Positions 9,347-17,899 of a stretch of DNA of 64,000 bases are shown here, piece after piece. The notes below the pieces were generated by a model. It did not search any database. It worked only from the letters and a program-made list of their open reading frames with translations, and was not told the DNA's origin. This DNA comes from a virus (taxonomy: Duplodnaviria > Heunggongvirae > Uroviricota > Caudoviricetes): IMG/VR virus record IMGVR_UViG_3300048091_000193, positions 52,697 through 116,696 of that record. One strand, written 5' to 3'. The translations under genes and the position numbers were made by a program. The stretch's first letter is position 1; every line of letters starts with the position of its first letter.

Positions 9347-9687
9347 ACGAGATCATCGAGCGGATGGCTCGCGTCATTGATCCGTTGGCGTTCACCTCAT
9401 GGACCGTGCCGCCGCGCGGGCTGGAGACGACACCGCGACACATCGTCGATGGCGAACGTCTGCGACGACAGAAGAAGGCCGAGCGCACTGCGCGTGCTGC
9501 GCTTTTAGCTGCGCGAGAGCCGACCGAAGACATGATCGTTGCGGGCGGCGAAGCAGTTTTCGCATGCAAGCCAACGCGCGCTCTTGAGCCAAGCTACGCG
9601 CAGGCCGCTTGGCCCGCCATGATTGACGAGGTTCTGAAGGCTTCAGATGTCCCGGTCAATAAACAATCAACCACAGAGGAGAAGTAA
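9343..9687 (+). CDS. Hypothetical protein
   Basis: 114-aa ORF, ATGA-type coupling to neighbours. Confidence 0.45.
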   Translation: MNEIIERMARVIDPLAFTSWTVPPRGLETTPRHIVDGERLRRQKKAERTARAALLAAREPTEDMIVAGGEAVFACKPTRALEPSYAQAAWPAMIDEVLKASDVPVNKQSTTEEK

Positions 9688-9688
9688 C

Positions 9689-10825
9689 TTGAAATCAGAC
9701 GTCATCTATAAGCGCGACAGCATCGGCAAAATCCGCACCTGGCAATACGAGGTCGCCGGCGCGACCTATCGCACGATCGCCGGCATCCAGGGCGGCGCTC
9801 TCGTTGAGTCCGGCTGGACGAAGTGCGAAGGCAAGAACACCGGCCGGGCCAACGAGACGACGCCCGAAGCTCAGGCGTTCAATGAGGCGGAAGCTGAGAA
9901 GAGCAAGAAGCTCAAGCGTGAATACCGCTTCACGATCGCCGAGCTGGATTCAGTGCCGGTTGGCCCGATGCTCGCGCAAGATTACGCCAAGCTGAAAAAG
10001 CCGCTGGTGTTCGGCGCCCTGATCGGTGAGCGGATCTATTCGCAGCCCAAGCTCGATGGCATTCGGGCAACCATCAGCGCCCGCGGCGCATTTAGTCGCG
10101 AGCTCCAGCAGCATTTCAACTGCGACCATATCCTCGAAGCCCTGGCGCCGGTGTTCGCAAAATATCCCGACCTCACGTTCGATGGCGAGCTCTACAACCA
10201 CGACTACAAGGATGATTTTAACGGTCTTGGTTCGCTGATCCGGAAACAGAATATCACCGATGAGCGTCGGCAGAAGGTGCGCGAGGTGGTGCAATACCAC
10301 ATCTACGATCTACCGAGCGACCGCGTCTTCTCGCATCGAGCCAACATGCTGCGGGATATCTTCTCCGAATTCGGCATCGTGGATGATTCCAGTCCACTGC
10401 GCTTGGTGACCACGACCTACGCAGCGAGCCAGGCGGAGCTCGATCACTATAACGGCATCTATACGGAGGAGGGTTACGAAGGCCAAATGGTCCGCATGGA
10501 TTGGGCCTACGACTTCGACGTTCGCTCAAAGGCGCTGCTCAAGCGCAAGGAGTTCACGAGCGAGGAGTTCCCGGTGCTGCGCATCGAGGAAGGCCTGGGC
10601 AATTGGGCCGGCGTCGCAAAGCGCATCGTCATCAAGATGCCAGACGGTCAGGAATGTGGCGCCGGCATGCGCGGCACTCAGGACTTCGCCCGCACGCTGC
10701 TCGACAACGCCAAGGCCGGCATCGTCCCGAAGGAGGCGACCGTTCGCTTCTTCGGCAAGACCCCGGACGGTATGCTGCGGTTCCCGGTCGTCACCGACTT
10801 CCACCAGGAAGGCCGGGTCGACTAA
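9689..10825 (+). CDS. lig: ATP-dependent DNA ligase
   Basis: KLDG adenylation motif I (PKLDGIRA); FDGELY motif III-like; EGQMVR motif IV; LLKRKEF motif V. Start placed at in-frame TTG 9689 after GAGGAGAAG (ORF track starts upstream at 9647, overlapping the previous gene). Confidence 0.75.
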   Translation: MKSDVIYKRDSIGKIRTWQYEVAGATYRTIAGIQGGALVESGWTKCEGKNTGRANETTPEAQAFNEAEAEKSKKLKREYRFTIAELDSVPVGPMLAQDYAKLKKPLVFGALIGERIYSQPKLDGIRATISARGAFSRELQQHFNCDHILEALAPVFAKYPDLTFDGELYNHDYKDDFNGLGSLIRKQNITDERRQKVREVVQYHIYDLPSDRVFSHRANMLRDIFSEFGIVDDSSPLRLVTTTYAASQAELDHYNGIYTEEGYEGQMVRMDWAYDFDVRSKALLKRKEFTSEEFPVLRIEEGLGNWAGVAKRIVIKMPDGQECGAGMRGTQDFARTLLDNAKAGIVPKEATVRFFGKTPDGMLRFPVVTDFHQEGRVD

Positions 10826-10838
10826 TCACAAATTTTGT

Positions 10839-10858
10839 AAGTCAGGATTGACTTGCAA
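10839..10858 (+). promoter_or_regulatory. Class I operator AAGTCA-ggat-TGACTT followed by TTGCAA -35-like hexamer
   Basis: Read from sequence; the downstream -10 is not obvious. Confidence 0.4.
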
Positions 10859-10897
10859 AATATAGCCGGCTAAGTTTGTCGGCGACTGCTTCTTGCA

Positions 10898-11506
10898 GTG
10901 TTTTCTCCTCTGTTGTGCTCGGGGCAGGTCCAATGGATCTGCCCCTTTTTCTGGCTGGAAATGATGATCGAATCCGTATCCATCAACGATCGAACCCCGA
11001 TTTCGATCTGGACGAAGCTCAATCCCCTCTGGTGGCTGGTCGGCCCCGATGGCTGGACCGTCCCTGAAATCAACAACGGCTCGCCGTATCTGCCGGACGT
11101 CAAGAACATCTGGCTGCGCCGCTTCTACTGGTTCTTCTGCCGCAACCCGCTGATGAATTTCGTTGGCTATGTGCTGGGCGCGGAAGACAAGAATTACACC
11201 GTCTACGGCTCGGCGCCGGTCCTCAAGACCACGCTGCGCGACGCTGATCCCCCGATGACGGGCTGGAAGTGGTCTGTGATCGTGTCCGGCTTTAGCCTGG
11301 GCGCTGCCGTCGTAGCGTTGGCATTCGCGGCGCTGGCTTGGCTGGTCAGCTGGATCTTCGCGGTGCCGCTGGTGTTTGCGCTTCTCAAGGCGATCGGTCT
11401 GCTGCCGTTCGTGGCCTATTGGGGCGGCAAGGTCGAGTTCTATCTCGGCTGGCGCGCACATTCGGGCGGCTACGGCCTCAAATTCGTGGTGACGGGCAAT
11501 GACTGA
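10898..11506 (+). CDS. Hypothetical membrane protein
   Basis: Several hydrophobic helices (WSVIVSGFSLGAAVVALAFAALAWLVSWIF...). Competing minus-strand ORF 10826..11632 has low-complexity Arg/Ala-rich composition. Confidence 0.35.
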   Translation: MFSPLLCSGQVQWICPFFWLEMMIESVSINDRTPISIWTKLNPLWWLVGPDGWTVPEINNGSPYLPDVKNIWLRRFYWFFCRNPLMNFVGYVLGAEDKNYTVYGSAPVLKTTLRDADPPMTGWKWSVIVSGFSLGAAVVALAFAALAWLVSWIFAVPLVFALLKAIGLLPFVAYWGGKVEFYLGWRAHSGGYGLKFVVTGND

Positions 11507-11708
11507 CATTACCCCGTTCGCCCGCTTCAAGGGCAAGATGCTGAAGGACGTCGCTGACGCCATCAATGTCGAGGCTGATCGCCGGCACCTGTCGGTGAAC
11601 GTCCTCGATCCGGACCGCGGTATGGGCTTCAATATCGACGTCGATCCGCGCCGGCTGAACGTCTACGTGGACGAGGACTTCTATATCACGAAGTTCACGA
11701 TCAAATAG
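11499..11708 (+). CDS. Small protein, possibly peptidase-inhibitor I78-like
   Basis: DPRRLNVYVDEDFYI resembles the I78 family RLNV signature (weak). Confidence 0.35.
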   Translation: MTDITPFARFKGKMLKDVADAINVEADRRHLSVNVLDPDRGMGFNIDVDPRRLNVYVDEDFYITKFTIK

Positions 11709-11737
11709 GGACGGGACTAGGCAGCTTTTTGCCGCCC

Positions 11738-11760
11738 TGTTATAATCAGTTCTGACTTAA
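11738..11760 (+). promoter_or_regulatory. Extended -10 promoter TGTTATAAT with half operator cagttCTGACTTa
   Basis: Read from sequence; precedes a gene with strong RBS GGAGGA. Confidence 0.45.
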
Positions 11761-11783
11761 CTTTTATCCTGGAGGATACCCCT

Positions 11784-12146
11784 ATGAAGCGTCACGAACT
11801 GCACCATCCCGCCAACGTCGTCGCTGTCGCGGCCGGCAAGCGCCTGTCTCACGACATCACCCTCGGCGCCACCCAGGCCGACAACGAGAAGATCGCCGGC
11901 CAGGCCGAGACCTTCGCTATTACGACCGTCGCTGGTGCCCTGCGCCAGACCGATCTGGTCGCCGGCGAGGAAGCTCAGGAAGTCACCGTCTACCTGAAGA
12001 CCCTCGGCGCAGGTGCCGCGGCTCAGATCAACGGCGCTTTCGTGGGCGGCACCAAGATCACCCTCGACACGGCCGGCGAGTTCTTCCGCGCCAAGTCACT
12101 GAATGGCAGCTGGGTCATTCTGAACAACACGGGCGTTCTCGCCTAA
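11784..12146 (+). CDS. Hypothetical protein (120 aa), probably highly expressed
   Basis: Perfect GGAGGA SD 8 nt before ATG; Ala/Gly/Thr-rich composition; function unknown. Confidence 0.6.
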   Translation: MKRHELHHPANVVAVAAGKRLSHDITLGATQADNEKIAGQAETFAITTVAGALRQTDLVAGEEAQEVTVYLKTLGAGAAAQINGAFVGGTKITLDTAGEFFRAKSLNGSWVILNNTGVLA

Positions 12147-12225
12147 TCGGGTAGGGTCGTCGCCGCGAGGCGTCGAGGCTGTAACGCACGGATGGGATGA
12201 GCATGCCCGTGCCTCGTTTGGTTAT

Positions 12226-12301
12226 TTCCAGGTAGCTCAGTTGGTAGAGCTTCCCGCTGTTAACGGGACGGTCGCTGGTTCGAGTCCAGCCCTGGGAGCC
12301 A
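12226..12301 (+). tRNA. tRNA-Asn (anticodon GTT)
   Basis: Cloverleaf folded by hand: acceptor ttccagg/cctggga, D-arm gctc-agttggta-gagc, anticodon arm tcccg-ctGTTaa-cggga, 5-nt variable loop, T-arm gctgg-ttcgagt-ccagc, discriminator G, encoded CCA. Confidence 0.8.
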
Positions 12302-12303
12302 TT

Positions 12304-13473
12304 TCAGTCCGGAGCGCCTCGCTTTCGGATCAAGGTCATCATTTCATATCGCAGATTCATGCGGCCGTCGGCGACCATGCGCACCACGGACCGGAGATAG
12401 CCGCCCGGATTGCGGATCTTCGGCGTCGAGGAATTGGCGTCGTTCTCGTAGAGCTGCAAGACCAGGCAGACAGCGGCCGCGGCCTTTAGGGGCCCGATCT
12501 TCTCGCTCGCCTCAGACCAGACCGTCGGCGAAGCCCCGAGGGTCGATCGCAGCACCCGCGCCGCCGCGACCAGATCCACCTCGCTTCGCGGCGTCTCGAC
12601 GTATTCGAGGATCGCAGGGCAGGCTTCCACTGTCAGCTCCACGGGGACAATGTCGTATGGAAGGGAAGGACTTTCTCCAAGCTCAGCTTCCCCGGAAGCC
12701 TCTTGTTCCAAATCTCGGTTAAGCGATTCTGAGGGTTTTGTTTCAATGAGGCTGCACCTCTTGCCCCCAGAGGCGGCTGAATAGAAGGTTTCTTCAGCTA
12801 AGGATCTCAGGCGACGCCAGCGATCGGTAACGCGCTCCAGCGCCCGCTCATCGTGCGACAGATTGCGACGGGGCGTTTCAGCGACCAACGATTCAAATGC
12901 GTCAGCGACGCGCACAGCGTCGGCTTGCGGGTAGCGCTGGGCGAGGGTGGTCAGAACGTCTTGCGCGGCCCGCCGGCAGATTGTGATCTCGTCGAACAAG
13001 CGCGACCTGGCGTTACGTGCAATGTCCTGTTCCCGGATCTCCTCGACCCACTCGCCGCGGCGATCGTAGACCGGCGTCAGATCGAACCCGAAGACATCGA
13101 CGATCTCGCCGCCTCGATTCTTGACCGAATAGCGCTTGCCGTTGGCGCTGTCTTTGGGCGCGATCAGCTGGAGATCGATTAGGCTGCGGATCCCATAACG
13201 CACCGCGCGCACCGACAGACCTGTTCGCCGGCACAGATATTCGTTCGATGGCCAGACCAGGACCTTGCCGGCGATCATCTTCTCACCCCAGCAGCCGATC
13301 AGCTCGCCGAGCAACTGCCGGCAGGCCGGGCGCAGCAACAGCGCCTTCATGGCGTCTCTGCCGGCCGCGGCCAGTTCCTTACGTGATACGGCGCGTTCAT
13401 CGCTGACGCGATGTCGCCTTGCCTCCAAGGCAGCCGTCGTCGGCCGCCTGGAGCCACTTAGCTCCAACTGCAT
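12304..13473 (-). CDS. repC: RepC-type replication initiator (repABC plasmid family)
   Basis: VLVWPSNEYLCRRTGLSVRAVRYGIRSLIDLQLIAPKDSANGKRYSVK matches the RepC N-terminal winged-helix signature (vFPSN..L..R..G.s..TLRRhl..L...GLI.RrDSpNGKRY); C-terminal NPGGYLRSVVRMVADGRMNL matches the RepC C-terminal sPGGYLR motif. AT-richer central linker (~12660-12810) sits where repC origins usually lie. Confidence 0.8.
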   Translation of the reverse strand: MQLELSGSRRPTTAALEARRHRVSDERAVSRKELAAAGRDAMKALLLRPACRQLLGELIGCWGEKMIAGKVLVWPSNEYLCRRTGLSVRAVRYGIRSLIDLQLIAPKDSANGKRYSVKNRGGEIVDVFGFDLTPVYDRRGEWVEEIREQDIARNARSRLFDEITICRRAAQDVLTTLAQRYPQADAVRVADAFESLVAETPRRNLSHDERALERVTDRWRRLRSLAEETFYSAASGGKRCSLIETKPSESLNRDLEQEASGEAELGESPSLPYDIVPVELTVEACPAILEYVETPRSEVDLVAAARVLRSTLGASPTVWSEASEKIGPLKAAAAVCLVLQLYENDANSSTPKIRNPGGYLRSVVRMVADGRMNLRYEMMTLIRKRGAPD

Positions 13474-13523
13474 TGTCTTTCCCCAATTTGGGGCAAGCGA
13501 GAGCGTTCACCGAATCGGTGTTC

Positions 13524-13636
13524 TTGACACGATGCAAGCTGGAGGGCATATTGGGGTTGTGTTCGAGACCCCGTGCCTAACAGCCGGTTCAGCTCTAAAA
13601 AGCCCTGCTAAGTTTGCCGCTTAGTGGGGCTTTTGC
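13524..13636 (+). ncRNA. Putative small antisense RNA (ctRNA-like) opposite the repC leader: promoter TTGACA(13524-13529), 17 nt, CATATT(13547-13552), then intrinsic terminator
   Basis: Canonical -35/-10 with 17-nt spacer on + strand; about 40 nt downstream, AAAA then an 11-bp hairpin (gccctgctaag/cttagtggggc) then TTTT at 13598-13634. The region is antisense to the upstream region of minus-strand repC. Confidence 0.35.
13598..13634. terminator. Bidirectional intrinsic terminator hairpin flanked by A-tract and T-tract
   Basis: aaaagccctgctaag-tttgccg-cttagtggggctttt; terminates the + strand small RNA and sits between minus-strand RHH gene and repC. Confidence 0.5.
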
Positions 13637-13640
13637 TTGC

Positions 13641-13853
13641 CTAAGTTCCTGATTTAACTGAAAATTCCTTTTCCAAGGCAGACGCGATAGCACTCTGACG
13701 CGACGCATACTTTCCTTCGGCGACAGCCTGTGCGATCGCTTCGCGAATCACTACAGGGATCCACACGTTCGTCTCCGTCATGCCGCTACTGCGGCGTTTC
13801 TGGCGAAGGCGATCAACTCGAGCGGCGTTCTTCTGGTCTGTCGTCATCGGCAT
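13641..13853 (-). CDS. Ribbon-helix-helix (Arc/CopG/ParG-type) DNA-binding protein
   Basis: 70 aa; beta-strand VWIPVVI followed by two helices REAIAQAVAEGK and SRQSAIASALEKEF, a typical RHH layout; directly upstream (minus strand) of repC. Confidence 0.55.
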   Translation of the reverse strand: MPMTTDQKNAARVDRLRQKRRSSGMTETNVWIPVVIREAIAQAVAEGKYASRQSAIASALEKEFSVKSGT

Positions 13854-13859
13854 TCCTGA

Positions 13860-14300
13860 ACTCGTAACGTTCCGAGTAATGTCCGATTCTGGGTGATTTG
13901 CCTAGCGGTCTCAAGTCAAGATTGAAGACCAGGTAGAGGACCGCCGAGGGCTTCCCGAGATAGCTATCATACGAAGTGAAAAGTATCCGCTGACAACCCT
14001 AACGATTGATTCGCCTGCTTTGGAGGCTAAACTTGGATTCGCATAACATACATTATGGAATATCCACGCTCCATTTCTACCGTTAAGCCTATGGCGGGCA
14101 ACGATTTTCTAAGTTCTTTGGAACAAAACTCAAGTATAGCGGTTGACAACAGACGCGGAAACAGTTCATTTTTGCACTGTCAGAACTAACTTATACCGCT
14201 CAGATTTCCAGTCGGAAGCCTACGTCGTCCCTTTCTCGCTCTGCTATATACAACTTATCGAAGCAGACAGTCGCTCATAAACCGAGCGGAGAAAGGATTA
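13860..14300. other. AT-rich non-coding region between divergent RHH and XRE genes; candidate regulatory or origin region
   Basis: Lower GC than flanks. Contains TTGACA-like hexamer, degenerate class I half-site tgtcagaactaactta (14178-14193), gattcgc repeats and a ctatatac -10-like box at ~14246. Confidence 0.4.
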
Positions 14301-14310
14301 GGAGCGATTA

Positions 14311-14757
14311 ATGTTGCACACGGAGGGCGCTACAGTGTCCAAACTACAGAGCCGGTCGGGTTTCACCTCGACGGGTGATATCAAAATCCACGAGTTCATC
14401 TCGAAGCAAATCGACGTTGTGAAGTCGATGGGCCAGACCCAGCGCGATATCGCCGAGGCTGTGGGCTACGACAAGCCCGCCATGATCAATATGTTCAAGG
14501 CCGGCACGGTGAAGGTTCCTCTCGAAAAGGTCCCGGCACTAGCCAAGGCCCTACATGTCGATCCGGGCTTTCTGTTTCGTCTTGCTCTGATGCAATACTG
14601 GAAGAACGACGCCGATGCGATTGCGCAGGTGTTCGGGACGGTCCTGACCGCAAACGAGGTCAAGATCATCGATAAGATCCGTGCTGTGTCCAAGGAGAGC
14701 GATCCTCCGCTGACCCGCGATGCGGAAGCGAAGTTGAAGGCGGCGTTCGGCGTCTAA
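14311..14757 (+). CDS. XRE-family (Cro/CI-type) HTH transcriptional regulator
   Basis: TQRDIAEAVGYDKPAMINMFKAG helix-turn-helix; AAAGGA/AGGAG RBS before ATG 14311. Confidence 0.7.
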   Translation: MLHTEGATVSKLQSRSGFTSTGDIKIHEFISKQIDVVKSMGQTQRDIAEAVGYDKPAMINMFKAGTVKVPLEKVPALAKALHVDPGFLFRLALMQYWKNDADAIAQVFGTVLTANEVKIIDKIRAVSKESDPPLTRDAEAKLKAAFGV

Positions 14758-14829
14758 CAAGACGTCGATCGCTAGGGAATACGTTTTAGGCGGCCCTTGT
14801 TCGGCCGCTTAAAATATGCCAGACAAACA

Positions 14830-14845
14830 AAGTCAGTATTGACTT
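14830..14845 (+). promoter_or_regulatory. Class I operator AAGTCA-gtat-TGACTT
   Basis: Read from sequence; followed by CTATAT box at 14869-14874 immediately before ATG 14882 (possible leaderless start). Confidence 0.45.
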
Positions 14846-14881
14846 ATCCCTTAAACAGAGAGCGCAGGAACTATATCAACT

Positions 14882-15106
14882 ATGCAAACCCGTATTCGCG
14901 AAGTGAACCTCGAGCGTGCCATCGAACTATCGGAAGAACTGACTGATAAGACCGTCCACGAGGGCGATTCCTCTACCGTCTTTAGCGGCACGCATCCGGA
15001 GCTCGGCTCAATCCACATCGCGATCCCTCCACTCGGCAATTCCCTGCTTCTCCCCGCAGATCTTGCCGCAGTTCTCCCTGTTGTAATCCAGGGTTTGTCT
15101 TTGTAG
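14882..15106 (+). CDS. Small hypothetical protein (74 aa), possibly leaderless
   Basis: ORF sits between two class I operators; no SD; -10-like box ends ~7 nt before ATG. Confidence 0.3.
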   Translation: MQTRIREVNLERAIELSEELTDKTVHEGDSSTVFSGTHPELGSIHIAIPPLGNSLLLPADLAAVLPVVIQGLSL

Positions 15107-15117
15107 TCTGTTTTTAC

Positions 15118-15131
15118 AGTCAACACTGACT
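15118..15131 (+). promoter_or_regulatory. Class I operator cAGTCA-acac-TGACTt upstream of the cobT-like gene
   Basis: Read from sequence; AAAGGGGAA RBS follows. Confidence 0.45.
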
Positions 15132-15154
15132 TACACGCCAAAGGGGAATACGAA

Positions 15155-17680
15155 ATGAACAAGGTCCAGATCCTGCGCGAGGTGATCACTAAGCTGGTCC
15201 CCATGCTCACGAGTCGCGGTCTGCGCGTTACGCAGGTCGGGGCGAAAGCCTTTGTTCAGACCGATGCAAAAACCCTCAAGCCCGTCCGCGTCAATATTCC
15301 GCATCTGCCGGATGACGCGGACGAAGCTTTGATCTTCGCAGTTCAAGGCTTCATCGATCACGAGGTCGGGCACGTTCTCGACACTGACTGGGCCGCAGTT
15401 GCGAAATCGCTGGAGCTCGGCCGATCCCTCGCGGATTCCCGCAAGATGAAGCCCGCAGTCGCCGCAGAGATGATGCGACAATACCACAACATCGTCGAAG
15501 ACCCGTTCGTTGAGCGCAAGATGGTCGAGCGCTTCAAGGGCTCCGCCTACAACGTCGACAAGCTCTACGACATCTTCATCGCCAAGATCTCCAAGCCCGC
15601 GATCGATGCCGCGACAACGCCGATCGAGCGCTTCAACTGCATTCTGGTGCCCCTGATCCGCTCCTGGGCGGGCCAGCAGCGGTTCATCGATTTCATCACG
15701 GTCAATGGCTACGACAAGGATCCGCTGGTTGAGAAGTTCACGAGCCTGGTGCCCGCGAAGGTGCGCCAGGACATCGGCAAGGCCAAGACGTCCTGGGATA
15801 CGCTCGCAGCCGCGCAAGCGATCTTCGACGTCCTGCATCCGGAGCCTCCGCCGCCTCCGCCGGCACCCGAGCCGAAGGGCGACGACCAGGACGATAACGA
15901 TCCTGATCAGGGCGACGCCGACGATCAGAATGATGATCAGGATCAGGACGATTCCGACAGCGAGAAGTCGGACGATCCGGATGGTGAGGGTTCGAACGAG
16001 GACAAACCGGAAGACGAGGACGACAAGGGCTCGGGCGGCGAGGAGCAGGAGGATACCGACGATGAAGGTGACGCCGGGGATGGTGAAGCTTCTGCAGAGG
16101 ATGATGACGACGCCGCAGACAAGGACGGCGATCGGGATGGTTCTGATGCAAGCGACGACGATGGAGAAGCCGACGAGAAAGACGACGGCGAGTCCGAAAA
16201 GGACGATGCTGACGCCGCTGGCGAAGGCGACCCGGACGATAACGACGATGCCGAAAACGATGGCGCCGACGGTAGCGAGGAGAGCGACGACCAGAATTCC
16301 GGCGATGATCAGTCGGGTGACGATGGCGCCGACGGGTCAGATGACGCTGACGCCGATGAGGATTCCGGCGATGACGCTGACGGATCTGACGAGAACAAGC
16401 TATCTGACGAGGCCGCTGATGATGAAGATGGCTCGCCAAAGGACGGTGATAGCGAGGATGCAGGGTCGGATGACGCCGGCGACGGCGATCAGGACGAGGA
16501 CTCGGATAGCGAGGGCGCCGAAGGCAAAGACGAAGTAGAGGGCGACAGCAAGGACGATCAGAAAGACGCCGAGGAAGGCGATGGCGCCCCTGCGCCCGCG
16601 GCCGACGACGAAGAAGGTGACGGTGAGGAGACCGAAACCGAGGAGAAAGCCGAGCAGTCCGACAACGAGATTGAACATGCGCCCGAGCCTAATCCGTTCG
16701 AGACGCTGGACGTCAAGCCTGGCGATGACCTGGCGAAGGCGATCGAGTTCATCATCACCAATGAGGCCTCGCGCGAGATCCGCGACGCTGATTACCGCGT
16801 CTACACGACCGAGCACGACACCGTCAAAACGATGGTCGTGCCGGACGACATGCCGATTTCGTGGGTCGGGTATCTCGACGACCGCACCCGTCACATGGTT
16901 GCGCCGATGCAAAAGGACATCGAGCGCATGATGGCCGCGCGCAGTCAGATCGTGAAGGTTCCGGGCTATCGTTCCGGACGCCTACATAGCGGATCCCTTC
17001 ACCGGCTCCAGGTCAACGACGACCGCGTGTTTCGTCGGATCCAGGAGAACAGGACGAAGGAGACGGCTGTCTCGCTCCTGATCGACAACTCCGGTTCGAT
17101 GCACGGGAACAAGATGGAGACTGCGATGGCCGCGGGCTACGCGCTGTCGCAGACGCTGGAGCGCGTCGGCATCAAGCACGAGGTTCTGGGCTTCACGACT
17201 GGGTCATATCCGAAGGGTGTTTGGGAGGAGCAAGAAGCCGAGGAGAGGCGTCTGGGTAAGTGCTTCTCCCGCATCTGCACGGTCGACATCACCGTCTATA
17301 AGGACTTCAACGAGCGTGTGACCCCCGAGGTCAAGAAGCGGTTCGCTGCGGCGCCCCGCTACGCGCGCTCGGCCGCGAACGTCGACGGCGAGTCCGTGCG
17401 CGTTGCAGCTAACCGCCTCAACCAGCGCAATGAGCCCCGCAAGGTGCTGATGGTGCTGTCGGACGGTCAACCGTCCGGCGCATCGCACCACCCCGAAGAA
17501 ATCTATGCCGACCTGCATCGTGCGGTCGCGCAGGCAGAAGCCGCGAAGATCGAGACCATCGGCATCGGTATCATGGATGCGTCGGTCAAGACCTTCTATC
17601 CGAAACATGCCGTGCTGCAGAACCTGGGCGATCTTCCGAAAGCAGTGATGGGCGAGCTCAAGAGGATCCTGACACAATGA
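15155..17680 (+). CDS. cobT: CobT-like protein: N-terminal CobT domain, ~280-aa poly-acidic linker, C-terminal von Willebrand A domain
   Basis: C-terminal vWA MIDAS motif LLIDNSGSMHGNKM; gene adjacent to an AAA+ MoxR/CobS-like ATPase, as in phage cobS/cobT pairs. The D/E/G-rich tract spans about 15836-16690. Confidence 0.8.
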   Translation: MNKVQILREVITKLVPMLTSRGLRVTQVGAKAFVQTDAKTLKPVRVNIPHLPDDADEALIFAVQGFIDHEVGHVLDTDWAAVAKSLELGRSLADSRKMKPAVAAEMMRQYHNIVEDPFVERKMVERFKGSAYNVDKLYDIFIAKISKPAIDAATTPIERFNCILVPLIRSWAGQQRFIDFITVNGYDKDPLVEKFTSLVPAKVRQDIGKAKTSWDTLAAAQAIFDVLHPEPPPPPPAPEPKGDDQDDNDPDQGDADDQNDDQDQDDSDSEKSDDPDGEGSNEDKPEDEDDKGSGGEEQEDTDDEGDAGDGEASAEDDDDAADKDGDRDGSDASDDDGEADEKDDGESEKDDADAAGEGDPDDNDDAENDGADGSEESDDQNSGDDQSGDDGADGSDDADADEDSGDDADGSDENKLSDEAADDEDGSPKDGDSEDAGSDDAGDGDQDEDSDSEGAEGKDEVEGDSKDDQKDAEEGDGAPAPAADDEEGDGEETETEEKAEQSDNEIEHAPEPNPFETLDVKPGDDLAKAIEFIITNEASREIRDADYRVYTTEHDTVKTMVVPDDMPISWVGYLDDRTRHMVAPMQKDIERMMAARSQIVKVPGYRSGRLHSGSLHRLQVNDDRVFRRIQENRTKETAVSLLIDNSGSMHGNKMETAMAAGYALSQTLERVGIKHEVLGFTTGSYPKGVWEEQEAEERRLGKCFSRICTVDITVYKDFNERVTPEVKKRFAAAPRYARSAANVDGESVRVAANRLNQRNEPRKVLMVLSDGQPSGASHHPEEIYADLHRAVAQAEAAKIETIGIGIMDASVKTFYPKHAVLQNLGDLPKAVMGELKRILTQ

Positions 17681-17820
17681 AAATGCCAAAAGGGGTTCCG
17701 CCGACTCGGCCTATCCGCCAGCCGGCGATGCAGATCAAGCCGGCGCCCGAACCCATCATCGTCTACAGCGCGAGCTGGACAGGCCGCGGGTAGCAGTCCC
17801 ATTTGCTTCCCTAGAATTAT

Positions 17821-17861
17821 AAGTCAAAACTGACTTGCAAACCTAGCGACGCAACGATATT
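17821..17861 (+). promoter_or_regulatory. Class I promoter-operator, type A: AAGTCA-aaac-TGACTT(17821-17836) overlapping -35 TTGCAA(17835-17840), -10 GATATT(17856-17861)
   Basis: Read from sequence; near-identical in layout and 5' UTR to the promoter at 8015-8055. Confidence 0.55.
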
Positions 17862-17899
17862 AAAATTGAGTAGCAGCACACATTCGAAGGGGAAATTCG

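Noticed and set aside
12226-12301. tRNA as attP with adjacent integrase
   Set aside because: No tyrosine or serine integrase-like ORF within the window; the adjacent gene is a RepC-type replication initiator, not a recombinase.
15705-16538. + and - strand ORFs (15705-16538 +, 15738-16439 -) inside the CobT acidic tract
   Set aside because: Alternative-frame readings of the GA-rich repeat encoding the D/E linker; produce Arg/Thr/Pro low-complexity sequences.
15836-16690. Acidic tract as a nucleotide tandem repeat or mobile element
   Set aside because: It is in-frame coding low-complexity sequence within cobT, flanked by conserved CobT N-domain and vWA domain; codon-level variation rather than exact DNA repeats.
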